Shown here one piece after another: positions 27,722 through 37,467 of a stretch of DNA of 64,000 bases. The notes under the pieces were generated by a model. That model saw nothing but the letters and a program-made list of their open reading frames with translations, had not been told where the DNA came from and ran no database searches. The position numbers and the translations under genes are program-made. Within the stretch, counting starts at the first letter, position 1, and each line of letters begins with the position of its first letter. This DNA is from Gemmatimonadota bacterium (GTDB lineage Bacteria > Gemmatimonadota > Gemmatimonadetes > JACCXV01 > JAHWKZ01), in assembly GCA_035711625.1 (NCBI GenBank), contig DASTCA010000037.1, forward strand, positions 3,070 through 67,069. The letters are read 5' to 3'.

Positions 27722-28279
27722 GTGGACTGGCTCCTGGCGGGCGGGCTCTTCGCGGAAGGGCTCCTCCTTCTCTCTCTCCTGGTCTCGATCGCGCGGCCCG
27801 GCCTCCGGCTATGGCCACCTCCCCAAGGGTCGACGCGGGCGTTCGCCTGGATGTGGGGGCTCACAGTAGCGGCCTGCGCGGCGGGTCTCCTTCTCGCCGT
27901 CCTCGACTACGGCGGTTGGGTCCTCGACCACCCGGGCTGGATCCTCGCCGGCGCGGCGGTTCTGGCGCTGGGGGCCGGCCTGGCCGACTGGGGAGTCCGG
28001 ACGCTCGGGCGTCGCACCTCGTCCGGAAGGGGCGGGGTGTTCTCGACGGCGGGGCCCTACCGCTGGACCCGGAACCCCCAGTACCTGGGCGACATCATGA
28101 TGGCGCTCGGGGTCGTTCTCGTGGCGGATTCCTGGCGCGTCGCGGCGGTGGCGGCAGGCGGCGCGCTCTGCTTGCTGCTCGCGCCGCTGGCTGAGGAGCG
28201 TTGGTTGATCGAGCGCTACGGGGAAGCCTACGATCGGTATCGACGGCGGGTCCCGCGGCTGCTGGGACTCCCGCGCTGA
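27722..28279 (+). CDS. Isoprenylcysteine carboxyl methyltransferase / PEMT-family membrane methyltransferase
   Basis: Four to five TM helices and the hallmark motif GPYRWTRNPQYLG...EE..L...G. GTG start. Confidence 0.7.
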   Translation: MDWLLAGGLFAEGLLLLSLLVSIARPGLRLWPPPQGSTRAFAWMWGLTVAACAAGLLLAVLDYGGWVLDHPGWILAGAAVLALGAGLADWGVRTLGRRTSSGRGGVFSTAGPYRWTRNPQYLGDIMMALGVVLVADSWRVAAVAAGGALCLLLAPLAEERWLIERYGEAYDRYRRRVPRLLGLPR

Positions 28280-28363
28280 TCCGGCGAGGTTGCGCCGCCG
28301 ATTCTCGCTCCAGAGATTCTCCCGCCCCCCTTCGATCGATCCCTTCCGTGGCGGAGGCCGCCC

Positions 28364-29344
28364 ATGCGAAAGGCGCTGCGCATCGTTCTCTGGCTCGTGA
28401 CCGGGCTCGCGGTCGTGGTGCTCGCCGGGCTCGTCTACCTGGGAGTGGCCTATCCACGAACGGATGACCCGCCGGACATCGAGATCCGCGCCACGCCGGA
28501 GCTCCTGGCCCGCGGCGAGTATCTGTTCCACAGCGTGGCGGCGTGTGCGGTGTGCCACAGCCCGCACGAGCGCGGGGCGTTCGGGGCGCGCGTCGATCCC
28601 GCCCGCATCGGAGAGGGAGGCGAGCCGTTCCCGCTCGGGTCCGCCGGCACCCTGTACGCGAAGAACATCACGCCGACCGCGCTCGGAGAGTGGACCGACG
28701 GCGAGATCGTCCGGGCGCTCCGGGATGGCGTGTCGCGCGACGGATCGCCGCTCTTCCCGCTCATGCCGTATTTCAACTATCGCACGTTGAGCGAGCGCGA
28801 CTTGCAGGCGATCGTCGCCTATGTGCGGACGCTCGCCCCCCGCCCCGACGAGGTGCCGGAGCGGGAGTTGAACTTCCCGATGAACCTGATCATTCGCATA
28901 ATGCCGGGTCCCGCGGGACCCTATCCGGCCGAGCCGGGCGGTGGGGCGGTGGAGCGGGGGCGGTACCTGGTCACCGCGGCGAGCTGCGGGGACTGTCATT
29001 CGCCCATGGACGATCGCGGGACACCCCTTCCGGGTCGCGAGCTCTCGGGCGGCAACGAGTTCCCGACCGGCGACGGCTGGGTTGCTCGGACCGCGAACAT
29101 CACGCCCGACAGCGTGTCGGGGATCGGCGCCTGGACGCGTGAGCGGTTCGTGGGCGCGTTCAAGGCGCGCCGGAGCGGCGGGTCCCCGGCTGCCGGCGCG
29201 CGGCTGTCGCCGATGCCGTGGCTCGCATACTCCCGGATGAACGAGGAGGACCTCGGGGCGATCTACGACTATCTGAGGACCGTGCCGCCCGTGCGGAACG
29301 AGGTCGTCCGGTTCGTCCCTCAGCGGCCCGCGACCGGCGAGTGA
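28364..29344 (+). CDS. Membrane-anchored di-heme cytochrome c
   Basis: N-terminal TM anchor and two CxxCH motifs (CAVCHS, CGDCHS), each followed by Met-containing segments. Confidence 0.75.
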   Translation: MRKALRIVLWLVTGLAVVVLAGLVYLGVAYPRTDDPPDIEIRATPELLARGEYLFHSVAACAVCHSPHERGAFGARVDPARIGEGGEPFPLGSAGTLYAKNITPTALGEWTDGEIVRALRDGVSRDGSPLFPLMPYFNYRTLSERDLQAIVAYVRTLAPRPDEVPERELNFPMNLIIRIMPGPAGPYPAEPGGGAVERGRYLVTAASCGDCHSPMDDRGTPLPGRELSGGNEFPTGDGWVARTANITPDSVSGIGAWTRERFVGAFKARRSGGSPAAGARLSPMPWLAYSRMNEEDLGAIYDYLRTVPPVRNEVVRFVPQRPATGE

Positions 29345-29772
29345 TCGCCGGCCTTCCGTCCCGACGGCGTCTGCTGATCGCGATCTCCCTGGCGACGGTC
29401 GCCTGCCGAGAGGCGGGGGGCCCGGCGGAATCCGCCGTCCAGGCGACGTACGAGGAGCCGTTCGACCTCTCGCTCGACGAGCGCGCCAGCGTGGGCGGGG
29501 AGTTCCGGGTGACGTTCGACCGCGTGACGGAGGACTCGCGGTGCGCCTCTCGCGCGGAGTGCGCCCCGCCGGGGAACGCCGCGGTCGTCCTCAAGATCGA
29601 CGGCGAGGAGGGGACCGCGACCCTGACGCTCCACACCGGCCGGGAGCCGCGGCGGGCCGCGGCCGCGGGTCACGCGCTCGAGCTGGTCGAGCTGAGGCCC
29701 GCCCGCTCGCCGGACTCTCCACCGGACCCGGAGGACTACGAAGTCACGCTCCTCGTCGCGCCGCTTCCATGA
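29341..29772 (+). CDS. Small lipoprotein of the 'VTEDSRC' family (paralogue of 27275)
   Basis: The GTG start overlaps the cytochrome c stop (GTGA). It has the lipobox LATVAC and the same conserved motif as the gene at 27275. Confidence 0.5.
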   Translation: MIAGLPSRRRLLIAISLATVACREAGGPAESAVQATYEEPFDLSLDERASVGGEFRVTFDRVTEDSRCASRAECAPPGNAAVVLKIDGEEGTATLTLHTGREPRRAAAAGHALELVELRPARSPDSPPDPEDYEVTLLVAPLP

Positions 29773-30416
29773 GATGCTGGTTCCTGCCGCTCGCGGCGCT
29801 CGTGGCGGCTTGCGCCACTGTGCCGGATCGACACTCACTGCTTCTTCAGCCGGAGAATCCCGCCATGAATGAGACAGCACCCGAGAGCTTTCGCGTCCGC
29901 TTCGAGACCACCGCCGGGGAGTTCGTCGTCGAAGCCCGGCGCGAATGGGCCCCGCGCGGTGTCGACCGATTCTACAATCTCGCTCGAGCCGGCTTCTTCG
30001 ACGGCGTGAGGTTCTTCCGCGTCATCGACGGGTTCATGGCGCAGTTCGGAATCGCGGGTGACCCGAAGGTGGCCTCGGAGTGGCAGAGCGCCCGAATCGA
30101 GGATGATCCGGTCGCTTCCACCAACACGCGCGGGCGGGTGTCGTTCGCCACCGCGGGCCCGGGCACCCGCACCACTCAGCTATTCATCAACTACGGCGAC
30201 AACTCGCGGCTCGACGGGATGGGGTTCTCGCCGATCGGCGAGGTCGTGGCGGGCATGGACGTAGTGGATTCCCTCCATTCGGGCTACGGCGAAGGCGCGC
30301 CGCGCGGCCGCGGGCCTGACCAGGGCCGCATCCAGCGTGAAGGGAACGCCTACTTGGAGCGGGAGTTTCCGGATCTCGACTGGATCCGCTCCGCCGAGGT
30401 CGTTGCCGAGGATTAA
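29769..30416 (+). CDS. Cyclophilin-type peptidyl-prolyl cis-trans isomerase (lipoprotein)
   Basis: FFDGVRFFRVIDGFMAQFG...GRVSFATAGPGTRTTQLFIN are classic cyclophilin motifs. ATGA overlap with the upstream gene. Confidence 0.85.
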   Translation: MRCWFLPLAALVAACATVPDRHSLLLQPENPAMNETAPESFRVRFETTAGEFVVEARREWAPRGVDRFYNLARAGFFDGVRFFRVIDGFMAQFGIAGDPKVASEWQSARIEDDPVASTNTRGRVSFATAGPGTRTTQLFINYGDNSRLDGMGFSPIGEVVAGMDVVDSLHSGYGEGAPRGRGPDQGRIQREGNAYLEREFPDLDWIRSAEVVAED

Positions 30417-32035
30417 AACGGGAGCTGGCCGGGCTCGCGGCCATAGCCGCAGCCTTCGACGCTCACGCGAGACAGCCGCGTCGCGCTCACGTACGGATGG
30501 GTCTCCGCGTCGGCCAGCGCGAGCCGATCCGGGTCGCTCAGGTCGTACAGATAGGCGGTCGCAGCCCGCTGACCGACCAGGCCGAACGGATCCTCGATCC
30601 GGTTCAGCTCGGTTCCGATCGCCTCGAGATACGAGCGGATCGCCTCAGGCTCGCAGGGGAAGCTGTGCGTGATGAAGAGCCAGACGCGCGGCCGGCCGCG
30701 GATCCGATCGATCTCCCGGAAGTACGTCCTGCTGTCCGCGCGGTCGATCGAGCCCTCGATCCACTCCACCGGCGGCCCGTAGAAGCGCATCGCGAGAGAC
30801 GCCGATCCGTACACGTAGACCGCATCCCCAGGGCGCCAGCGCCGGGCGAGCTCGTCCAGGACGGGCCGGGATTCCTCGGCCCGGTACGGCGGTGGCGCGA
30901 GCAGGACGACCGCGCCGGCGGGCATCGCGAACAACGCGAGCAGGGCCAGCGCAGCGCCGGTGCGCGCTCGGGCCGGAAGAAGGGCCCGGATCTCGGACGC
31001 TCCCGCCATCGCCATCACGAGGAGCGTCGGCGCGACGAACAGCGACACCCGCTTGGAAACGGGCAGCACATGGACAGCGGACGCGAGCACGGCCACGACG
31101 AGGGGAACTGCGAGGATGGCCCCCGCGGCCGATCGCCGCCTCACGAGCGACCACCCTCCGATCAGGCTCAGGGCGCAGAACAAGAGGACGAATCCGACCT
31201 CAGGAAGGGACTTCGGGACGATGTAGAGGAGCAGGTGGCCCAGGATCCAATAGAGGTGGAGCGGAAGCCAGGACAGGGTGCGCAGCTCCGGAGGGAACAG
31301 CGGGAAGAAATCGTTGGTCCAGGCGCGTTGCATCTGGGCCAGCGTCGCTGGCGCGACGATGAGGATCCCGGCCGCTGTCACGAGCGCCGCGCCAGCCGCC
31401 CAGCCGGCGCCAAGCGCCAGGACGGGACCGAGCGATTCCCTTGCCCGAAGCCTCCCCCATCCTAGGACGACGCATAGCCCGAACGCCACGAGGACCGCGG
31501 GCTGGGCGGCCAGTATGGCGAGACCGCCACCCACTCCCGCGAGCGCGGCTTCCCTCTGTCCCATCCGCCCCTCGGCGAGGCGGAGCGAAAAGAAGAGGAG
31601 CAGCAGTGTCACCGCGACATCGCCCGAGTACTGCTTCGCGTTTCCCGCGTACCACACGAGCGCGGGGCTCGCCGCGAAGGCGAGAAGGCCGGCGGCGATC
31701 TCGGGGCCGCTGACGAATCGGGAAGAGACGCGCCAGAAGAGCGGTAGCGCGGCGAGGGACCAGAGCCACGGGAAGAGCCGGAGCCCGTACTCGTCATGGC
31801 CGAGGAGCACCCCGCCCAGCTTCTCCAGGGCGAGGAACCCGGGAGGCGCCACCTGGCCCTCGTCGAGCGGCCGGAAGAGGAGGCCCCCGAGGTCCCTGCC
31901 GGCGACGTTCACGGCGATCGCGAGCTCGTCCAGCCACATCGACCCCTGGGCCGCGTACTGGATCGTCCGCAGGACCGCCCCGAAGGTGAGGATCGCGAGG
32001 GCGGCGCCAAGATCGATTCTGAATGCCTTTGTCAT
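30413..32035 (-). CDS. Family 39 (ArnT/PMT-like) membrane glycosyltransferase
   Basis: 540 aa with ~11 TM helices in the N-terminal two-thirds and a soluble C-terminal domain. Architecture and loop motifs resemble GT39/GT83 dolichyl- or undecaprenyl-phosphate-sugar transferases. Confidence 0.6.
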   Translation of the reverse strand: MTKAFRIDLGAALAILTFGAVLRTIQYAAQGSMWLDELAIAVNVAGRDLGGLLFRPLDEGQVAPPGFLALEKLGGVLLGHDEYGLRLFPWLWSLAALPLFWRVSSRFVSGPEIAAGLLAFAASPALVWYAGNAKQYSGDVAVTLLLLFFSLRLAEGRMGQREAALAGVGGGLAILAAQPAVLVAFGLCVVLGWGRLRARESLGPVLALGAGWAAGAALVTAAGILIVAPATLAQMQRAWTNDFFPLFPPELRTLSWLPLHLYWILGHLLLYIVPKSLPEVGFVLLFCALSLIGGWSLVRRRSAAGAILAVPLVVAVLASAVHVLPVSKRVSLFVAPTLLVMAMAGASEIRALLPARARTGAALALLALFAMPAGAVVLLAPPPYRAEESRPVLDELARRWRPGDAVYVYGSASLAMRFYGPPVEWIEGSIDRADSRTYFREIDRIRGRPRVWLFITHSFPCEPEAIRSYLEAIGTELNRIEDPFGLVGQRAATAYLYDLSDPDRLALADAETHPYVSATRLSRVSVEGCGYGREPGQLPF

Positions 32036-32100
32036 TCAAATAACCGCTTTACTTACAACGATATGTACAGCATATATAAAGTATTGCATTAAGTTGTCGG
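32036..32100 (-). promoter_or_regulatory. AT-rich (≈30% GC) promoter patch upstream of the GT39 gene
   Basis: TCAAATAACCGCTTTACTTACAACGATATGTACAGCATATATAAAGTATTGCATTAAG is the only strongly AT-rich stretch in the window. Confidence 0.35.
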
Positions 32101-32121
32101 CGAACGGGCCGAGACTCCCGG

Positions 32122-33028
32122 TTCACTGGGCCGACCACGGAAATCGCCGCCACGGTGGCACCACGTCCCTGTCCGGCGCCTCGACCCAATCCAATGCACG
32201 GCTTCCGATGTCGTAGCGCGCCAGGCCGTAATGCTCGCGGTCCTGGTCCGTCGACATTTAGAAACCGCCGGCGTCGGGTTGCCAGGCGAAGGCGACGTAG
32301 CCGGCTCGATCGTCGGGTGCGAACAGGATGTCGACGTCTCCCGTCGCGACATCGAAGAGGAGAACGTCGTTCGCGTCCTCACCCCGGCTTTCCGAGAGGA
32401 TTATCCTGGAGCCGTCGGGAGCGATCGACCTGACGTAGAGGCCGCGTCGCCCTGAGAGAACTTCGACGTCTTCACCGGTCTCGACGTCGAGCCGATGAAT
32501 GTCGAATTCGACCCCCGTGCGCTGCGTCGTGGAATAGAAGATGTGACGGCTATCTCGGGTGAATCCGCCGAAGACCCGAAACGCCTCGGATGGCGGAAGC
32601 AGTTCGCGCTCCCTGGTTCCATCGGGAGAGATCAGCCAGAACCCCTCACGCTCCTTGCCCCCGCGATCCGACCCGTAGACGAACCAGTCGCCGCGGGGAG
32701 ACCACGCGTGGAATGTCACCGACTCACCGAACGTCAACTGATGCGGCCCACCCCCGGTCGCGTTCACGACCCACAGATGTGGCTGGCCCGTGAGCGAGGT
32801 GCGGAAGGCGAGCCGGCCGCCATCGGGGGAGAGCGAAGGTGCGGATGCGGACCGGACGTTGAGGAACCGGGCGATGTCGGGCCGCTCCGCCCCGGCTAGC
32901 GAAATCTCCGCCGGAACCGGCTTGGGGATGTCCGCTTCGTCCGGAACCTGTGTGGCCTCCTGCGCGGGCGTGCGAGCCGGCACCGACAGTAGGGAGAGGA
33001 GGAACGTGACCTTGAGGAGCGCGCGCAT
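32122..33028 (-). pseudogene. PD40/TolB-like beta-propeller secreted protein, interrupted by an in-frame TAA at 32258-32260
   Basis: ORF 32261..33028 has a signal peptide and WD40-like PD40 repeats. The codon after the TAA is ATG, and the same frame continues for 44 high-GC3 codons (MSTDQDREHYGLARYD...) to TGA at 32122. This is a gene with a nonsense interruption, or else a genuine stop followed by a chance ORF. Confidence 0.5.
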
Positions 33029-33207
33029 GAGGGGCCTCGCAACGTATTGAGCCGAGGAGAGGGGCTGGGTCGAATCGTACCGAGCGGCGGTCGCGTCGAC
33101 CAGGCGCGGCGATCTTGCTTGAACGGAAAGGCCTTGGGCGGCGTATTCCCTCGTGTACCGCCGGGCGCCCCCGGCTTTCCGGTTCCCCGCTCGAAAGGAG
33201 TGCCTCC

Positions 33208-34566
33208 GTGCGCGGCAGTTTCGCGATCGCCCTGCTTCCGCTCCTCATCGGCCTTCCTGCCTGCGCGGACGCGGCGCCCGACTCCGGGGTGGCCTCGCCG
33301 GACACCGTGCAAGCGTTCGTCGGCGTCGACGTCCTGCCGATGGACAGCGAGCGCGTGCTGGCCGACCAGACGGTCGTCGTCGACGGAGGGCGGATCGTCG
33401 CGATGGGGCCCGTCGCCACGACTCCAGTGCCCGCCGGCGCGCTCCGGATCGAGGGGGACGGCAGGTTCCTGATGCCGGGGCTCGCCGAGATGCACGGCCA
33501 CATCCCACCGCCCCAGGCGCCTGCGCAGCACATCGAGGCCGTCCTCTTCCTCTACGTGGCCAACGGAATCACGACCGTCCGGGGCATGCTCGGTCACCCA
33601 GGGCAGCTGGACCTGAAGGCGCGCGCGACGCGGGGGGAGATCGTGGCACCGAACCTCTATCTGGCCGGCCCGTCGTTCAGCGGACAATCGGTCAGCTCGC
33701 CGGAGCAGGCGGACGCGCGTGTGCGGCAGCAGGCGGCCGAGGGGTGGGATCTGCTCAAGGTCCATCCGGGCCTGACGCTCGAGCAATACGACGCGATGGC
33801 GCGCGCTGCCCGCGAGACCGGGATGCGCTTCGGTGGTCACGTGCCCGAGGCCGTAGGACTCCGCCACGCGATCGAGATGGGCCAGGAGACGTTCGATCAT
33901 ATCGACGGCTACGAGCAGGAGCTCGGCACGTTCGAGGGCGCCCTCGACGAGACGGCGCTCGCCGAGCTGGTGGAGATCTCGCGCGAGGCCGGCGTGTGGA
34001 TCGTCCCTACGCAGGTCCTCTGGGAGACCCTGTACGGAACCGCGGGCCTCGACAGCCTGAGGACGCTTCCCGAGCTCCGCTACGCGCCGCCGGAGCAGGT
34101 CCGGCAGTGGATCTCGATCCACGAGCAGCGGCTGGCCGAGCCGGATTTCGATCTCGCGGAGAGCCGCCGGCTGATCGCCGCGCGGCTGCGGATCCTCGAA
34201 GCGCTCCACGACGGCGGAGTCCGGATCCTCATGGGGACCGACGCTCCGCAACAGTTCAGCGTTCCCGGCTTTTCGCTCCACCGCGAGATCCGGCGAATGA
34301 CCCAGGCCGGCATGTCGCCGTATGAGGTGCTGGTGAGCGGAACACGGAACGTGGGCGAGTACTTCGCGAACGAGGACGATTTCGGTACCGTCGCGCCCGG
34401 CAAGCGGGCGGACCTCGTGCTCCTTCGAGCCAACCCGCTCGATGACGTGGGGAACGTGGATTCGATCGAGGGTGTCATGGTCGCGGGTCGATGGCTGGCT
34501 CGCGACGAGATCGACCGCCGCCTTCAGGCCGTAGCCGAGGCGTACGCGGGTCAGGAGATCCAGTGA
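33208..34566 (+). CDS. Secreted metal-dependent amidohydrolase (paralogue 1)
   Basis: RBS AAAGGAG then GTG 33208, followed by a signal peptide. The GLAEMHGHI metal-binding start, the HPGL motif and a C-terminal Asp are typical of the amidohydrolase superfamily. Confidence 0.7.
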   Translation: MRGSFAIALLPLLIGLPACADAAPDSGVASPDTVQAFVGVDVLPMDSERVLADQTVVVDGGRIVAMGPVATTPVPAGALRIEGDGRFLMPGLAEMHGHIPPPQAPAQHIEAVLFLYVANGITTVRGMLGHPGQLDLKARATRGEIVAPNLYLAGPSFSGQSVSSPEQADARVRQQAAEGWDLLKVHPGLTLEQYDAMARAARETGMRFGGHVPEAVGLRHAIEMGQETFDHIDGYEQELGTFEGALDETALAELVEISREAGVWIVPTQVLWETLYGTAGLDSLRTLPELRYAPPEQVRQWISIHEQRLAEPDFDLAESRRLIAARLRILEALHDGGVRILMGTDAPQQFSVPGFSLHREIRRMTQAGMSPYEVLVSGTRNVGEYFANEDDFGTVAPGKRADLVLLRANPLDDVGNVDSIEGVMVAGRWLARDEIDRRLQAVAEAYAGQEIQ

Positions 34567-36011
34567 TCGGCGCGCCGATTCTGGCTGCGGTCGCCCTGGC
34601 GATCCCCGTGCCGCCGCCGGTCGTGAAGACGGTGGACGCGATCGCGATCGTCCATGTCGACGTGATTCCGATGGACACCGAGCGGGTTCTTCGGGACTAT
34701 ACGGTCGTGGTGCGCGGCGACCGGATCGAAGCGCTCGGACCCGCGGCCGGAACGTCCGTGCCGGACGGGGCGATGGTCATCGACGCGCGCGACAAGTGGT
34801 TGATCCCGGGGCTCGTCGACATGCACGCGCATCTCCTTTCGGACGACCGGATCGCGGAGCGCCACGCACCGGCGGAACTCGCCGTGATCCTGGCGAACGG
34901 TGTCACGACCGCGCGGATCCCGATCGGGCGACCCGGTCACCTCGAGCTTCGCGAGCGGATCGCGGATGGCCGTCTGCTCGGACCGGATCTGTGGGTGGCG
35001 GGGCCCCAACTCGCGGGCCGCTCGTTCGGCGCCGTCTTCAACGGCCGTGCCGTCACGAACGGCGACGAGGCGGAGGCCGCCGTACGCGAGATCGCGGCTG
35101 CGGGGTACGACTTCGTGAAGCTGACGTTCCTGATCTCGCGCGAGGTGTTCGACGCGGTCGTACGGACGGCGGACGAGGTCGGGCTGCGGGTGATCGGCCA
35201 CGTCGGCCCCGATGTCGGGCTCGACCGCGCGCTCGAGGCGGGCATACAGATCGAGCATCTGGACGAGTATCTGGAGGCCCTGGCCCTCGAGGGTGCGCCG
35301 GTCACGCACGGGATCAGCGGGCTCGGAGTCTGGCGCCCGGAGGGATGGGAGAGCCTGGACCGTGCCGACGAGAGCCGGATCCCGGCGCTCGCACGGGCGG
35401 TGGCGGACGCGGGCGTCTGGAGCACTCCGACCCAGCATTTCCTCGTGACCGCGTTCGGGGAGCTGCGGAGCGACGAGGCGATACTGGAGAGCCCCGATGT
35501 CCGCTTCGTGTCGCCCGAGGTCCGGGACGAACTCCTCCTCGGCCATCGACAGTTCCGGGAGAGACTCCCGAGCGAAGAGCGACGGCGGCGATTCGTCGCG
35601 TTGAGGAGCGCGGTGATACGCGCGCTGGCCGACGCCGGCGCGCCGATCATGGCGGGCTCCGACTCGCCAGAGTGGATGCTCCTTTATGGCTTCACGCTCC
35701 ACCGGGAGCTCCAGGCGCTGTCGGACGCAGGGCTCACCTCGTGGGAGGCGCTTCGCGCCGGAACCGCGACACCAGCCGCATGGCTCGGCGACGGGAATCC
35801 GGACTTCGGGACGATCGCGGTCGGTAAACGTGCAGATCTCGTCATCCTGGACGCCGATCCGCTGGCCTCGATCGCGAACACGAGTAGGATCGCGGGCGTC
35901 ATGGCCCGCGGGAATTGGTTGGACGCCGACCGCCTGGCGGCCATGCTGGACGCCTCCGCCGAGGAGCTCGGCGGAGCGCCGCTCCGACCCGAAATCAAGG
36001 AGGGACGATGA
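34563..36011 (+). CDS. Secreted metal-dependent amidohydrolase (paralogue 2)
   Basis: GTGA overlap with paralogue 1. GLVDMHAHL plus the same domain layout. Confidence 0.7.
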   Translation: MIGAPILAAVALAIPVPPPVVKTVDAIAIVHVDVIPMDTERVLRDYTVVVRGDRIEALGPAAGTSVPDGAMVIDARDKWLIPGLVDMHAHLLSDDRIAERHAPAELAVILANGVTTARIPIGRPGHLELRERIADGRLLGPDLWVAGPQLAGRSFGAVFNGRAVTNGDEAEAAVREIAAAGYDFVKLTFLISREVFDAVVRTADEVGLRVIGHVGPDVGLDRALEAGIQIEHLDEYLEALALEGAPVTHGISGLGVWRPEGWESLDRADESRIPALARAVADAGVWSTPTQHFLVTAFGELRSDEAILESPDVRFVSPEVRDELLLGHRQFRERLPSEERRRRFVALRSAVIRALADAGAPIMAGSDSPEWMLLYGFTLHRELQALSDAGLTSWEALRAGTATPAAWLGDGNPDFGTIAVGKRADLVILDADPLASIANTSRIAGVMARGNWLDADRLAAMLDASAEELGGAPLRPEIKEGR

Positions 36012-36535
36012 TCCGGACCGCCGTCCTCGCGCTCGCGTTCCTATGCGCCGCCGCTTCCGCCGTCGCTCAGACGGGCCCGCGAGCTTCCGACGTCGAGAGC
36101 CCCGAGGCGATCGTGCTCGCCGCGTACGCGGCGATCGCGCGCGAGCCCGGCCAGCCGTTCGACTGGGAGCGCTTCCGCTCCCTGTTCCTTCCCGAGGCCC
36201 GCCTCGTCCCGAACACGGAACAGCGCCAGGGAGCGTTCGACGTGCTGTCGCCGGAGGAGTTCATCGTCTGGATCGACGGCGTGACTCCGCCCCTGGGCGG
36301 GGAGAACGACCGGGGGTTCCAGGAGGAGCAGGTCTCGGCGGAGGTCGTTCGCTACGGCGACGTCGCGCACGTCTTCAGCACCTACCAGAAGCATTTCTGG
36401 CGATCGGACCAGATCCTCGGCCGCGGGATCAACAGCTTCCAGCTCGTCCATGACGGCGAGCGGTGGTGGATCGCCGGGATCGCGTGGGACGAAGAGAGCG
36501 GCGCCGGCCCGATCCCGCCCGAGTACCTGCCCTGA
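36008..36535 (+). CDS. Secreted NTF2-like (SnoaL/DUF4440-related) protein
   Basis: ATGA overlap with amidohydrolase 2, a signal peptide, and a C-terminal HDGERWWIAGIAWDEE pattern. Confidence 0.45.
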   Translation: MIRTAVLALAFLCAAASAVAQTGPRASDVESPEAIVLAAYAAIAREPGQPFDWERFRSLFLPEARLVPNTEQRQGAFDVLSPEEFIVWIDGVTPPLGGENDRGFQEEQVSAEVVRYGDVAHVFSTYQKHFWRSDQILGRGINSFQLVHDGERWWIAGIAWDEESGAGPIPPEYLP

Positions 36536-36569
36536 CGGTCGACGCCGGCGCGCTGCTAGATTGCGGCGC

Positions 36570-37466
36570 ATGCCGGCGCGCCGCGTCCTCATGATCGAGC
36601 CCGTCGGCTTCCGCTCGAACCCCGAGACGGTCGCCGACAACGCCTTCCAGCGCCCCCCCGGCGACGAGTCGCCGCAGGCGATCGAGATCGCCGCCCGCGA
36701 GGAGTTCGCCCGCCTGCGCGAGATTCTGGAAGCGCGCGGTGTGGAGGTGGTTTGGCGGGCGGCGGCGGCCAACCGCGAGTCGCCGGACGCCGTTTTCCCC
36801 AACAACTGGTTTTCGACCCATGCCGGCGGAACGCTCGTCCTGTATCCGATGATGGCGCCGAGCCGGCGCCTCGAGCGGCGGGCGGAGATCGTCGCCTCGC
36901 TGCGGGGCAGCTACCCGCTCGTCGTCGATCTGACCGCGTCCGAAGAAGAGGGACGGTACCTGGAAGGGACCGGCAGTCTCGTGATTGACGAGCGTGCACG
37001 GATCGTGTATGCAAGTGAGTCGCCGCGCACCGACAGGCGTCTCGTTGAAGAGTGGGCGGAGCGGATGGGATATGAACCCGTTATCTTCCGGGCCACCGAC
37101 GCCGCGGATCGCCCGATCTATCACACGAATGTCGTTCTGAGCGTGGGGATCGATTGGGCGGTCCTGTGCGTGGAAGCCATCGATTCGCTCGAGCGCCCGG
37201 AACTCCTGGCCACGCTGGCCGAGAGTGGACACGAGACGATCGACATCTCGTTGGAACAGATGGAGGCGTTCTGTGGAAACGTGCTGGAGCTGGAGAGTGA
37301 CAAGGGCGAAAGGCTGGTCGTGATGTCCGACCGGGCCTTCCGGGCCTTCACCGACGAACAGCGCGACCTTCTCGGGTCTCGGGCGGATCTCGTCCACGCG
37401 GACCTCACCACGATCGAGACGCACGGCGGCGGCAGCGCGAGGTGCATGATCGCCGAACTCTACTAG
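36570..37466 (+). CDS. Guanidino-group-modifying enzyme superfamily protein (CtlX/amidinotransferase/arginine-deiminase-like)
   Basis: 298 aa ending in the catalytic-Cys motif GGGSARCMIAEL. Internal Asp/His-containing blocks resemble CtlX citrulline hydrolase or DDAH. Confidence 0.65.
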   Translation: MPARRVLMIEPVGFRSNPETVADNAFQRPPGDESPQAIEIAAREEFARLREILEARGVEVVWRAAAANRESPDAVFPNNWFSTHAGGTLVLYPMMAPSRRLERRAEIVASLRGSYPLVVDLTASEEEGRYLEGTGSLVIDERARIVYASESPRTDRRLVEEWAERMGYEPVIFRATDAADRPIYHTNVVLSVGIDWAVLCVEAIDSLERPELLATLAESGHETIDISLEQMEAFCGNVLELESDKGERLVVMSDRAFRAFTDEQRDLLGSRADLVHADLTTIETHGGGSARCMIAELY

Positions 37467-37467
37467 C

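Noticed and set aside
33153-35827. 390-aa and 343-aa '+' alternative-frame ORFs over the twin amidohydrolases
   Set aside because: The amidohydrolase frames carry the metal-binding motifs. These alternative frames are RG-rich artefacts.
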